NCBI GenBank assembly: GCA_012295275.1
Contig: CM022670.1
Location: 992,001-1,056,000, forward strand
Length of the DNA stretch: 64,000 nucleotides
Direction of reading: 5' to 3'
Source: Chrysomallon squamiferum
Lineage: Eukaryota > Animalia > Mollusca
A model generated the notes under the pieces. It ran no database searches, was not told where the DNA came from, and worked only from the letters and a program-made list of their open reading frames with translations. The stretch's first letter is position 1. Every line of letters begins with the position of its first letter. Both the position numbers and the translations under genes were made by a program. Below, in pieces: positions 35,401 through 46,900 of the stretch.

Positions 35401-35745
35401 TATTTTAATATTAATATTTTTGAATATTTTAATCAGAATGGGTCTAAGTCTGAACAACAGGAGCAGGAAGAACTTGATTTTCTGTTTGATGAAGAACTGG
35501 AAGAACTTGATGTTGGTCGCAGAAATAACTTCACTGACTGGTCAGTTGTTTTATTATTAGTAACAACAGTTGCAATTATAATAATAATAATAATAGTACT
35601 AGTAGTAGTAATAATAAAAATAATAATATAATAATACTAACTATAATAGTAATAATAGTAATAGTAATAATAATAAAAGTAATAAAAAGAACAATAATAA
35701 TAACAGTAATGATGATAATAATAATAGTAGCAGTAATAATAGTAA

Positions 35746-35777
<32 letters not shown>

Positions 35778-38700
35778 AGATTAATTTACAACAACTTTAT
35801 AATAGAAATACTTGATGTTTTTAAAAACTGATCCTTCATGTCAAATTTATTATGTAGGACAATAGTGATATATTTACAACTGAACAGTAACTTGTTACTG
35901 TTAAAAGGCAATATTTCAAAAACATTCGACCTGGATTTGGGATATCTTTTAAAAAACACCATCAGTGTTTATGACTGACAAATATCTGACTTTATTTTTA
36001 AACATTTTGTTGCAGGTCTGATGAATCTGACGATGAGCTGGCAGACAGTGACATTTCAAAGATCCTGATTGTCACTCAGACTCCCCCAGCATACAGAAAA
36101 CACCCTGGGGGGGACAGGACGGGAGACTACGTACCCCGAGCCAAGATGACATCAGAACTGTTCAAGATCATCAACGATGGTCTGTACTACTACGAGCAGG
36201 ACTTGTGGGATGAAACCAATAAGGTAGTTTTGTTTGTCTTTTGTTCATGTCTTTGTATTCATTTCATAGTGTGTCTGTTTGCTGATGTAGTTACTTTCGT
36301 TTCAAAGTAGTTTATAATTATTTTTACCATCATTCTGGTGTTTCTGTTTAGATAGCGTTTTCTGTTTTCATGTGTTATATTTCGACCTGTAGTTCTGTTT
36401 TCATTGTCGATTACTGGCTCTGAATTTTAAATATATGTATATATGTATGTTTCAAATATTATCTATAAATGGAGTTTTTATATTGCATCATAGTTCTTTT
36501 CTTTTCTTAGTATTATTATTTTTGTCTTGGTTTGTAGTTTTGAAGGGAATTCTCAATTTTTAATTCATTATCTCAGTGATTATACCTCAGTTACTGAACA
36601 CAGTACTGTGATGTATCAATTGCACAATGAGATAAACTAATTACACCTAAATAGAAGTTAGCTCTAGCAGACAGTACTTCAGTCTTCAAATTGTTTATCA
36701 GTATATCAGTTTTACATTACTCAGCTGTAAACTGACAAATTGTTTAGTCCATGTTAATTAAATAATGTAATAAAAATTTTAAAATCTGTTTTCAGTAATG
36801 TTATGTTTTTGTTTAATGACAAAAAAAATGTAAAACGTCTGAAGTGTGTGAGTTTATTTGACAAATTAACCAGCTGACAAGTTCACTGATTGATAGGTTA
36901 AGTCTTTGACAAGTAAACATACTGACAAGTTAACTCAATAATTAAGATCATTCTTTGACAAGTTTAGGTCTTTGAAAAGATAAGTCTTTGACAAGTTAAT
37001 TTTTGACAAAGTAACTGACAATTTAAATATTTGACAAATAACTAATTGTTCGTAGAAATTTGAATTGCAGCTGGACCTCAGTGCTATTCGCACTGTAAAT
37101 CTGATAACTAAAGAACAGTTCGAGAATCTGACTCCTTCAACACAGAGCCAGTCAAAACAAGAGCTTCCTCCACCCCCACCCCCCTTTGTTCAAACCAGTG
37201 GTCAGTATCTCCTTTTTTTTTTTTTTTTTTTTTTTTTAAAAACAATGAATTTTTATTTACATAAGATCAAATACAGTCATACATGAGCAGTTACAATAGA
37301 TACTAAGCATTGTTAAAACATACAAGTAATTTAATATTAAAATGGCAAAATTAATTTTGTAATAATTTGTTTATAATACTAAAAGGTTTTATAATTTAAT
37401 TTTTTTTATTCATGACCAAAATTTAGGACTATTTGAGGAAACGAACAAAGTAAAACATTTTGTTTGCTGAAATGTTATTTTTATAAACTTTATTCTAGGA
37501 ACAAAAAAATAAATAAATAAAAAGATAAAATAATATATTTCTGTAGATTACTTAAAGAGATTAAGTGTATAATTTCCACACACATCGGGCAACGTCTTGT
37601 TTCACTGTATATGAGATGTGTTCAGTTGTGTGGGACATCAACGCCCTTTGTATGTGTTTAGTTCTGTGTGGACTTGACTGAAAACAAGGTGCTACAAGTG
37701 TGACACCCAACATCCAGTGAAGTACTAGTGTTGTTAATAAGACATACTTGAGTAATGTAGAAGAAGAGAATAGTTTTAAAGATTCACTTTTAAAATGTAT
37801 TTTTTTTTAAAATACAGAAGCGAGAAAAGTCCCATCTCCACAGACTCCACACGGAGGAGCGATGGCGCAGTCGCTGCCCACCCGAGTCCCAGACACGCCT
37901 GGGCGGCGAGACCAGGGACCTCGCACACCTCACAGTCGAAACAAAGCTCCGAGGTTTTATCCAGTTGTGAAGGACTCGTCAAAACCACCTGACCCACAGG
38001 TAACATTTGTCTGATGAAGCCAAAACAAAAATAAAATATTTAAAAAAAACACAAATAAAACCCTGTAAATACATTTAAAAAATAGAATAAAAAAAATTTG
38101 CATGAAGGATTAAAGAATAAATTCTTCTCAGTACATGTGTTTGGGCATTTCTCACTAGTGTTCAATAATTGGATTACCAAAAATAATAGTGGTGTGTTTC
38201 CTCATCTGTGGAATTGTTCTTATGTCTGATCTTGATAAATTAAAATTTAAAAAAATGTAAATATAATAAAACATGTCTTGACAAAATATAGAGTAAAATT
38301 ATAAGATTTAGTGGTAGATGCATTATTGAAAAATAGGTTAATAATTCACATATTAATTCCAGAAATTACCATCTGTAAAAATACATTTCTAATTTTCTGG
38401 TCACATCTGATTATTGATAAGTAAATTATTGTTTTTGAAACTTCAGTATTATTACTGTTAATATTATTATTATTATAATATAACTGCAAATAACATGAAG
38501 CATTTTTTTTGCATTGATCAATAGATTCTATTGCAGTAAAAATGTCTTAATTTTGATTTCACACAAATCCAAACAACAAACCTGTATTATACATATACAC
38601 GCGCACGCGCACACGCACACACACACACACACACACAAATTCACAGACACTGATAAATAAATTGTTTCCACACACATCGGGCAACGTCTTGTTTCACTGT

Positions 38701-40085
38701 TTATGAGATGTGTTCAGTTGTGTGGTACATCAACGCTCTTTGTACGTGTTTAGTTCTGTGTGGACTTGACTGAAAACAAGGTGCTACAGATTTAATAAAA
38801 AAAGAAAAGAAAACCATAAAACAACTCATTTGAAATAACAAGTGTTAAACTGAACAGAATTTTGAAATAATTGGTTTTACGTTGCAGACTCCGCGCAAGA
38901 AGAAGACGCGACACAGCAGTAACCCGCCCATTGAGAGTCACGTGGGCTGGGTGATGGACGCTAAAGAGCACAGAGCCAGGTCCCGGCAAAACTCCACTTC
39001 AATGAGGTAACAGTTTACATCAACAATAGTGAAATAATACTTTATTACTACTCTTTGTAACTGTATCCATTATAACTATCTTTCTTTATTTGTGTGTGCG
39101 TGTGTGCGTGCGTGCGTGTGCATGCGTGCACGCATGGCTTTTAAGGTTATCCAGTCAAACATTTTTAACTGCATTTGTTTCAGTGGGTACATTTCTATAA
39201 TGAAGTAGCTGAATTACATTGTTCACAGACATCTTGTGAAGAAGGATTTGTACAGATTTCTCTTCCTCTGACTAAAATAACTGTTTGTGTTTTCTTGTTT
39301 CAGTCCGTCTGATGGTCAGCTGTCGTCCAGCTACGGCAGCATGCCGCATTCGTTCCCACACTTCGAGCACCCGTCACATCAGCTGTTGAAAGAAAACGGT
39401 TTTGTGTGGCATGTCTATCACAAATATCATGCTAAATGTCTCAAAGGTATGCATACAAAGTTACTGAAACTTACAATTTTTGCACGAGAAATTAAAAGTA
39501 AAAAGAAAAAATAGGAATGATTGTGTGAGATGATGTTTTTGTAGAGAGTATTCACTTGTCTCAGAGAGCATGTGTCCTTGAGCAGGAGAGATGTGGAATA
39601 AGTTAATGGTACATTATTCTCAGTGTGCCCTTTGGGCTATTTACCCAGTCTTAGTGTCCCACTTCAGTTGGTTTATCCTTGGTCAGGTGTACATTTTTCT
39701 GTCAGTTCACTCCTTGTTAATAACAGTAACCCTCAGACTTTTTAATTACAGGTTTTCCTGTATTGTGTTTCCACAATATATGTATCAAATAATTATATAT
39801 ATATATATAGTTTTTAAAATTAAAATGAATCTTCATTTCAGAACGGAAGAAGATTGGTGTGGGTCAGTCTCAGGAAATGAATACAATGTTTCGGTTCTGG
39901 TCGTTTTTCTTGAGACAGCATTACAATAAAAAAATGTACCAGGAGTTCCGCAATCTGGCTGTAGAAGATGCAAAAGCTGGTTACAGGTAAATTACATTAT
40001 AGATAATTGTGTGGGTGTGGTCTGTGGTCTGTGAAATCTGGTTGCAGAATAGGCAAAAGCTGGTTAAAGGAAAATTAGAGTTTAG

Positions 40086-40128
<43 letters not shown>

Positions 40129-42780
40129 CAATGTTGTTTGTGTGTGTTGCTGTGTATTATTTGTATGTCTGTGTGCTTATGTGCATACTTGCAGTTTTTT
40201 GACTGTGTGAATTGAAAGGCTGTGTTTATCTAGATTTTTCATTGATATGTATAGACACTATATATTTAATACAAGAATAACTGAAATGTCTGTATTTTAT
40301 TAAAAGAATAACTGAAGTGTGTGTATTTTATTAAAAGAATAACTGAAGTGTGTATTTTAATAAAAGAATAACTGAAATGTGTGTATTTTATTAAAACAAT
40401 AACTGAAATGTGTGTATTTTAATAAAAGAATAACTGAAATGTTTGTATTTTATTAAAAGAATAACTGAAGTGTGTGTATTTTAATAAAAGAATAACTAAT
40501 GTTTGTTTTAATAAAGGAATAACTGAAGTGTGTGTATTTTAATAAAAGAATAACTAATGTTTGTGTATTTTAATAAAAGAATAACTGAAATGTTTGTCTG
40601 TGTTTTAATAAAGGAATAACTGAAATGTGTATTTTAATAAAGGAATAACTGATATGTTTGTGTGTTCAGGTTTGGACTGAAATGTGTGTATTTTAATAAA
40701 AGAATAACTAATGTTTGTTTTAATAAAGGAATGGACTGAAATGTGTGTATTTTAATAAAAGGAATAACTAATGTTTTGTTTGTTAAAGGAATGGACTGAA
40801 ATGTGTGTATTTTAATAAAAGAATAACTAATGTTTGTGTGTTTTAATAAAAGAATAAAATGTTTTTTTATTTTAATAAAAGAATGTTTGAAATGTTTGGA
40901 CTGTTTTTTTAATAAAGGAATAACTGAAATGTGTGTATTTTAATAAAAGAATAACTGATATGTTTGTCTGTTTTAGGTTTGGAATAACTGAAATGTGTGT
41001 ATTTTAATAAAAGAATAACTGATATGTTTGTGTGTTCAGGTATGGACTGAAAAGTGTGTATTTTTAATAAAGGAAACTGAAATAACTGAAATGTTTGTCT
41101 GTTTTAATAAAGGAATAAAAATGTGTTTTTTAATAAAGGAATAACTGATATGTTTGTGTGTTCAGGTATGGACTGAAATGTGTATTTTAATAAAGGAATA
41201 ACTGATATGTTTGTGTGTTCAGGTATGGACTGAAATGTGTATTTTAATAAAGGAATAACTGAAATGTTTGTGTGTTCAGGTATGGACTGAAATGTGTGTA
41301 TTTTAATAAAGGAATAACTGAAATGTTTGTGTGTTCAGGTATGGACTGAAATGTGTATTTTAATAAAGAATAACTGATATGTTTGTGTGTTCAGGTATGG
41401 ACTGGAATGTGTATTTTAATAAAGAATAACTGAAATGTGTGTATTTTAATAAAAGAATAACTGATATGTTTGTGTGTTCAGGTATGGACTGTAATGTGTA
41501 TTTTAATAAAGAATAACTGAAATGTGTGTATTTTAATAAAAGAATAACTAATGTTTGTCTGTTTTAATAAAGGAATAACTGAAATGTGTGTATTTTAATA
41601 AAGGAATAACTGAAATGTTTGTGTGTTCAGGTATGGACTGAAATGTGTGTATTTTAATAAAGGAATAACTGAAATGTTTGTGTGTTCAGGTATGGACTGA
41701 AATGTGTGTATTTTAATAAAGGAATAACTGAAATGTTTGTGTGTTCAGGTATGGACTGAAATGTGTGTATTTTAATAAAGAATAACTGAAATGTTTGTGT
41801 GTTCAGGTATGGACTGGAGTGTCTGTTCAGATACTACAGCTATGGACTGGAGAGACGATTCCGACCTGAACTGTTCAAAGATTTCCAGGAGGAAACTATC
41901 AGAGACTATGAAAGCGGTGAGTTGTCATAACAATAATTAAAAATAAAATGTCATTTGAGAAGGAATTTTGTAATTTTGCTGTAAAGATTGGTTTACAGCT
42001 GAGCAATAAATATTGCATAAATAAAGAGAAAATTGTGGAATTTAAAAAAAAAAAAAAAAAAGACGACAAAAGAAACAAAGAAAAAATTAAGAAGAGGTAA
42101 AATTATCTAAACAGTTGCTGAAAAAATGTAATTATTGTCAGCATTTCAGTGTACTGAAAGTGATGATACATTTTTTTTGTTTTCAGGTCAGCTTTATGGA
42201 TTAGAAAAGTTCTGGGCTTTCCTCAAGTATTCAAGAAGGAAAGTGGATATCGATCCCAAACTACAGGGCTGGCTGTCAAAATTCAAACGACTTGAAGATT
42301 TTCGAGTTGATGTAAAGATAATTTTTTTAACATTAATAATATTAAGGATTAATATTTAGTGTTTGTCTTTTGATCAGATGTTCTTTTTAAAATTCTCAGT
42401 TTTTATAATAACAAATTTCAGTAGCAAACCAACAACCAAAAAATTAAATATAATAAAAAAATATAAAAAAGAATATGTATATATATATATATATATTTTG
42501 TTTTAAATATTTCTATTATTATTTATAATTTTTTAAATTCAATTATGAAAATATAACATTTATTCTTCAGTTTGAGGACCAACCAGGAGGTAATCCTTTG
42601 CCAAAAGTAAACAAAGAAGGCAGCCAGTCAGAAAGAAGCACAAAAGAATCAGTTGACCAATCACAGGCCAGGTTACAAAAGTCAGAAACATCTTCTGTGG
42701 AGGCAGCTAAAAACACAGGAGAAAGATCAAGTGCAGGGAAAAAAGTTGCTGAAAAATCTAAAGCATCTGTACAAACTTAG
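17467..42780 (+). CDS. LARP1: La-related protein 1 (LARP1/LARP1B co-ortholog), ~1020 aa
   Basis: Coding exons 17467-17785, 29699-29763, 30237-30287, 31085-31244, 31529-31693, 31966-32097, 32497-32638, 33072-33216, 33587-33758, 34264-34484, 35437-35540, 36016-36223, 37056(or 37071)-37200, 37818-37999, 38888-39006, 39304-39446, 39842-39986, 41807-41916, 42187-42311, 42571-42780 (3063 nt, phases consistent). Motifs: [25 protein letters not shown]-rich stretch, LAM ([21 protein letters not shown]), PAM2 ([13 protein letters not shown]), [20 protein letters not shown]15 ([56 protein letters not shown]). Confidence 0.95.
19290..19740 (+). mobile_element. Two degenerate SINE-like fragments in LARP1 intron 1
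   Basis: GTGGGAAGGTG...AAAGATCTCTTGCTGTTAA (~19420-19456) and TTGCTGATTAGAAAAGAATAACCC...GCAGCTGGTTTCTT (~19670-19720) resemble the 3' half of the same recalled gastropod SINE. Confidence 0.35.
28360..28398 (+). other. Candidate 39-nt cassette exon or alternative first coding exon of LARP1
   Basis: CACAG|TGGCTATGGATGATAATGTTAAAATTGGAACTTTGAAAG|GTAAAT. Symmetric phase 1-1, matching intron 1; open as (V)[12 protein letters not shown]. Confidence 0.35.
30525..30589 (+). ncRNA. Candidate box C/D snoRNA, copy A (LARP1 intron 3)
   Basis: Terminal stem TTTGTCTC/GAGACAAA; box C GTGATTA (30534-30540), D' CTGA (30550-30553), C' GTGATGT (30559-30565), guide TTCAATTGCACA, box D GTGA (30578-30581). Paralog at 36568-36635. 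Confidence 0.65.
36568..36635 (+). ncRNA. Candidate box C/D snoRNA, copy B (LARP1 intron 12)
   Basis: Stem TTATC/GATAA; box C GTGATTA (36576-36582), D' CTGA (36594-36597), C' GTGATGT (36608-36614), guide ATCAATTGCACA, box D ATGA (36627-36630). Boxes and D-guide are conserved with copy A while spacers differ. Confidence 0.65.
36856..37042 (+). repeat. Degenerate short-period TGACAA(G)TTAA tandem repeat
   Basis: About ten recurrences of (T/C)TGACAA-like cores at roughly 16-nt spacing, ending just upstream of the exon 13 acceptor. Confidence 0.7.
37573..37699 (+). ncRNA. Box H/ACA snoRNA, copy 1 (LARP1 intron 13)
   Basis: Hairpin 1: lower stem CCACACA/TGTGTGG, upper stem ACGTCTTGT/ATGAGATGT, internal pocket. 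H box ACATCA (ANANNA). Hairpin 2: GCCCTTTGT/ACAAGGTGC. ACA at 37694-37696 followed by 3 nt. Near-identical paralog 1.1 kb downstream. Confidence 0.85.
38665..38791 (+). ncRNA. Box H/ACA snoRNA, copy 2 (LARP1 intron 14)
   Basis: Same hairpin-H(ACATCA)-hairpin-ACA architecture, only 4 substitutions versus copy 1 up to the ACA box. Similarity stops at or just after the ACA box and flanks are unrelated. Confidence 0.85.
40272..41806 (+). repeat. Compound tandem array (~30-bp monomer, 57-59-bp higher-order unit) containing copies of the LARP1 exon 18 splice acceptor and exon start
   Basis: Monomer GAATAACTGAAATGTGTGTATTTTAATAAAA. Higher-order unit GTATGGACTGAAATGTGTGTATTTTAATAAAGGAATAACTGAAATGTTTGTGTGTTCAG. 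The last unit runs directly into the real exon GTATGGACTGGAGTGTCTG at 41807. Confidence 0.95.
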
Positions 42781-43963
42781 AAAGAAAAAGAAACATCTTT
42801 TGATTAGCAATTTTTAAGAATTATTCAGTCCTTTAGAAAACAGCTTGATTGTATTTCATTATTAGTTTATTGTAATGTTTTAGTTTTTTTTTTTTATTCA
42901 TATTTTTGTTTTTCTAATTCAGTACTTTTATCATTTTTATTGTTTACATTTTTTGCCGTTATTAATTCATTTATTGGTATTCTTTCTTTCATTCTTTATT
43001 TTATTACTGATATTATTTATTTATTTTTTAGTTCATATATATTTATATTTTTAACAGTTTTGGAAGAGAAATACAGTCAGCTGTGTCATGTTCAACACCA
43101 GGTTTTTGTGGGGTCATCAGAAATGTCGTATCATAATACTAATTTATACTGATCTCACATACATCATTTTCCAACAGTAAACAAATACAATAAAAAACTG
43201 AATTAATAATGAATAAAAAAGTCAAACAACAACAAAACTCTAAAGGAATAAAAATGTAATGTATATAAAAATGTATATTTTAAGAAAAAAGAAAATGAAA
43301 TCTTAAAAATGGCAAATTATATATATAAAAAAACCCTGCTCAAAAAAAAAAAAAGCATTGATGTTTGTTTATATGGGTTTGTGTAAAAATAACATTATTT
43401 TTATTTTTACTGAATTTGTTTTATTAACTAAAGAAACTGCTTACCTCAAAATCTAATAATATGCCACACACAACCAGTTAAAATTAAAAGTATAGACAAC
43501 AAAAATATCTGAAGATATTTTATATTGCATTTCTGTGTTAACATATGTAGCTCCATAGCATTACAAGAATCATTAATCTGAAAAGAAAACTGTTTTATTT
43601 TTATTTATTTGTAAAAGGTGATGGCAGTGCTTATGTAGAAAATATAAATGTGTAAGATTATTTAATGTCTACTTATCATATTCTCGTGTCTGTACATACT
43701 GTAATACCATGTATTACCTGTCTGTCACTGTTTTGTTGGATGGTTGATCAGGATTTATTTTCATTTAGTGCCTTGGAATAGTTACTCTACCAACTGTACT
43801 ATCTTATATTTTTTTATTTTTTTTTATTTTATATATATTTTTATTTAAAAAATTTTTTTGGTCATTATGAATAGTCACTGAAGTGGTGACAGCAAAAATG
43901 GACATCAGCTGAAGGCTAATTATTATTATTATTATTATTATTTATTGTTATTTAATTTTTATT

Positions 43964-43996
<33 letters not shown>

Positions 43997-46900
43997 TTAT
44001 TTTTTTTATTGAACCTGTACATTCAATTATCTGGATTCAGTTACTCAACTCAAATAATTTATATCTAATACAAATGTGACTTGAATAATCTGTGTTAGGT
44101 TGATACTTTATTGTAGGAGCATTTGTTTCATGTGAAAACCAGGCAAAACCCTCTGTTTTATTTATATCTTAAGAACCAATACTTAAGTAAATGATTAAAT
44201 AAAAATATGTCTGTACTTATGTTGTTAGCATGAGAATGTAACTGCAGTATTACAGAGTAGTATATTACTGTCCACTGTTAAGTAACTTGTATGTATAATT
44301 ATACTTATATTAGGTGAAAAAAATAATTTTTAAGTATTTGTCTCAAAAAAACAGTACTTGATTAAATATAATCTTCTGTTTTTGATCAGGGCAATAAGCA
44401 AAATAATATTTAAAATAGGAATCGGTACATTACTGTCATTTGAATGATTTTTACAATAGTGATTTTATTTGTAGAAGTACCTTTAACAGTTAAAACGTAC
44501 ATTTTGTTTTCTTTTTTTGCACAAAAGTTATTTAATAAATCAAAATAATAATGTGATTTTGGGAAGAAAAAAAATTTACTTTGATACATATGTAAATTTA
44601 CATTTCAGTTACATAAATTAGCATTTCAGAGTTGTTAAGTGAATGTTGACATTTTGCTGCATGAGTAATTTTTTTATTTATTTTTTTGTGCTTTATTTTT
44701 GAAATTGATAGAGAAAATTGTTGTAAATAAAACAGGCAACAAAGATGGAAACTGGCATTTGCCAATATATATTAAATTATTATAAGAGAATTTCACTAAA
44801 GGAGGACAAAACTATTTGTTTTTTTAAATGTATCATTTTCACTGGTTTTCTTTTGAAAGACAAGTCCATTCATGTTTAACAGTTGTCTCAGTAGTACTTT
44901 TTCTTTTGTTTGAAATGAAGTGATGAGTTTTGTTTTCTGTGTCACATTGTAAATAGAAAATTAAATTTTTTGAAAAAACAATAGTAAAATGTTGTTACAG
45001 TATATTTATTTTTGAAAGTCTTGATACACAGTGTTTGAAATAGATTTTAGTAAATATAATCTGTTTGAGAAATTATTTTATTTTTTATTTGTGTTGACTT
45101 TGGCTTGATTTTCATGTTGGTTAGCTTAGAAAAGATTCCATTTTAATATTCATGTTTTATCCTAATGCCAATTTTCATTTGTAATTTTTTTTTTTTTTAC
45201 CTATACTTATTTTAATTTTTTTCATGATTATAATTAATTTTTTATTCTTTTTTTTTTCTTTTTTTTTAAATTTCTTCATTTTTCACTTGTATTTTCTATT
45301 TTTCATATTAAGCATTCTTCTCTTTCATAATGTCTGTAACAATCCAGTCAGTATTTTTTTACATTTCTACAAATAAGATTTTGGCTAGCTGCCAGCATAT
45401 TTAATCTTCATATCTTATGGATGTATAAAATTATGAATTTAATATTTTCATCTACGTTGATTTTTCTCAAAACCAAGGTTGTTAACATCTTTTTTTCTGA
45501 TGTGTTGCTTTATGAAAATTTTTCTTTAAGAAAAGAAAATTTGGTGCATATTTTCAGCTTCGTATTGAGCCACAATACTGCCTGTAATTGTTTATTTTTA
45601 TAAAATTGTTGAAGGAATTTTTTGTTTTTAATATATTATTTATTCAGAAATAATTATTTTTGTATTTTTACTTTTACAGAAAGTGAAAAAGTTCAAATTT
45701 ATTTTCGTTTTTTTTAAATATTATTTTTTAACATTTTCTTTATAAACTTGGTTTGTTTCATATGAAAATATCAAGTCATATTTTGATTATCCAACCAAAA
45801 ATTGGGCAGTTTGTAATTTTAACTTTCTTCAAAAATAAAATGTAATACAATTTCTTTTAACAAACTGAATAATTATTAATAGCTTTTTATAACATCTTCA
45901 GTTTGTGTATTAAAAAAAAAAGTATTCTTCAAAATAAATTTCTTAAAAACATTAATTTATACATCTAAAATGGTCAGTTTTGTAATGGAAGGAACTTCAG
46001 GCTATTTAATGTACACATATTTTGTCTTTACTGGGTTTTATCTTTTTTGTTTTTAATTCTTTATTTCCTTTTGTTGTGTTATGTTTTTTTTTCTTTTTCG
46101 TTTTTTTTTTCTTTTTTAAATTGTATTTGTTGTATATAGACACATGGTATAGTTTTGAGACTTGAATGGTAGTTATTTTTCTTGTATCCTCGGTTATATC
46201 CATGAATGTATGTTTGTCATGGTTGTTGTATCCCACGACTTTTCAAATACATCAGAGCATGACTGTTATAAAAAAAAATTAAATAATAACAAATAAATAA
46301 AAAATAAATACAGATAATCAGATTAAAAAAAAAAAAGAAGAAAAAAGGGAAACTAATTTTTTCTTAACATTCTTCAATAAGTAATTTGGTGTGGTTTTTT
46401 GTCAAAAAATGCAAAAATGAACCAAAGCCATATCTGATTATTACAGAATGTTGAAATTATAAACATTAAAAAATAAATAAATAAAAATAAAAACAACCCA
46501 ACTGCAGCCAGATTTACAATTAGTATTATAATGTTTTTAAATTATCTTGTGTGAAGCACTTTTTCTGTAGTCTAAGAGTATGTTTTAAAGTTGTAATGAA
46601 ACTCGAGTGATTGATGAGCACTGCAGAGGTTGCTTGTGTTAAAGTGTGCTCAACATTCTAAACAGTTAGTAGATTTTCAGTAAATGGAGACTAGAAAGTA
46701 TTTTTTAAATGTTTAGTGATAGAGGCACTGTACTCAACATTTCTATGCATCTTTCTTCTTGTATGCAAATTGTGTGTTAAAATTTATGTGTGTTCATTGA
46801 TTTTAAAAAAAACAGTAAAACAAATGGTTGTATCTTTAAAAATGTTTCTGTAACCAAAGAATTGTGATTTTGATTTTACTATATTCTATTTTTATTTTTT

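Noticed and set aside
39545-39695. Possible H/ACA snoRNA (ACATTA ... ACATTT)
   Set aside because: No convincing two-hairpin fold; GTGTCCTTGAGCA and TTGGGCTATTT look more like decayed SINE sequence.
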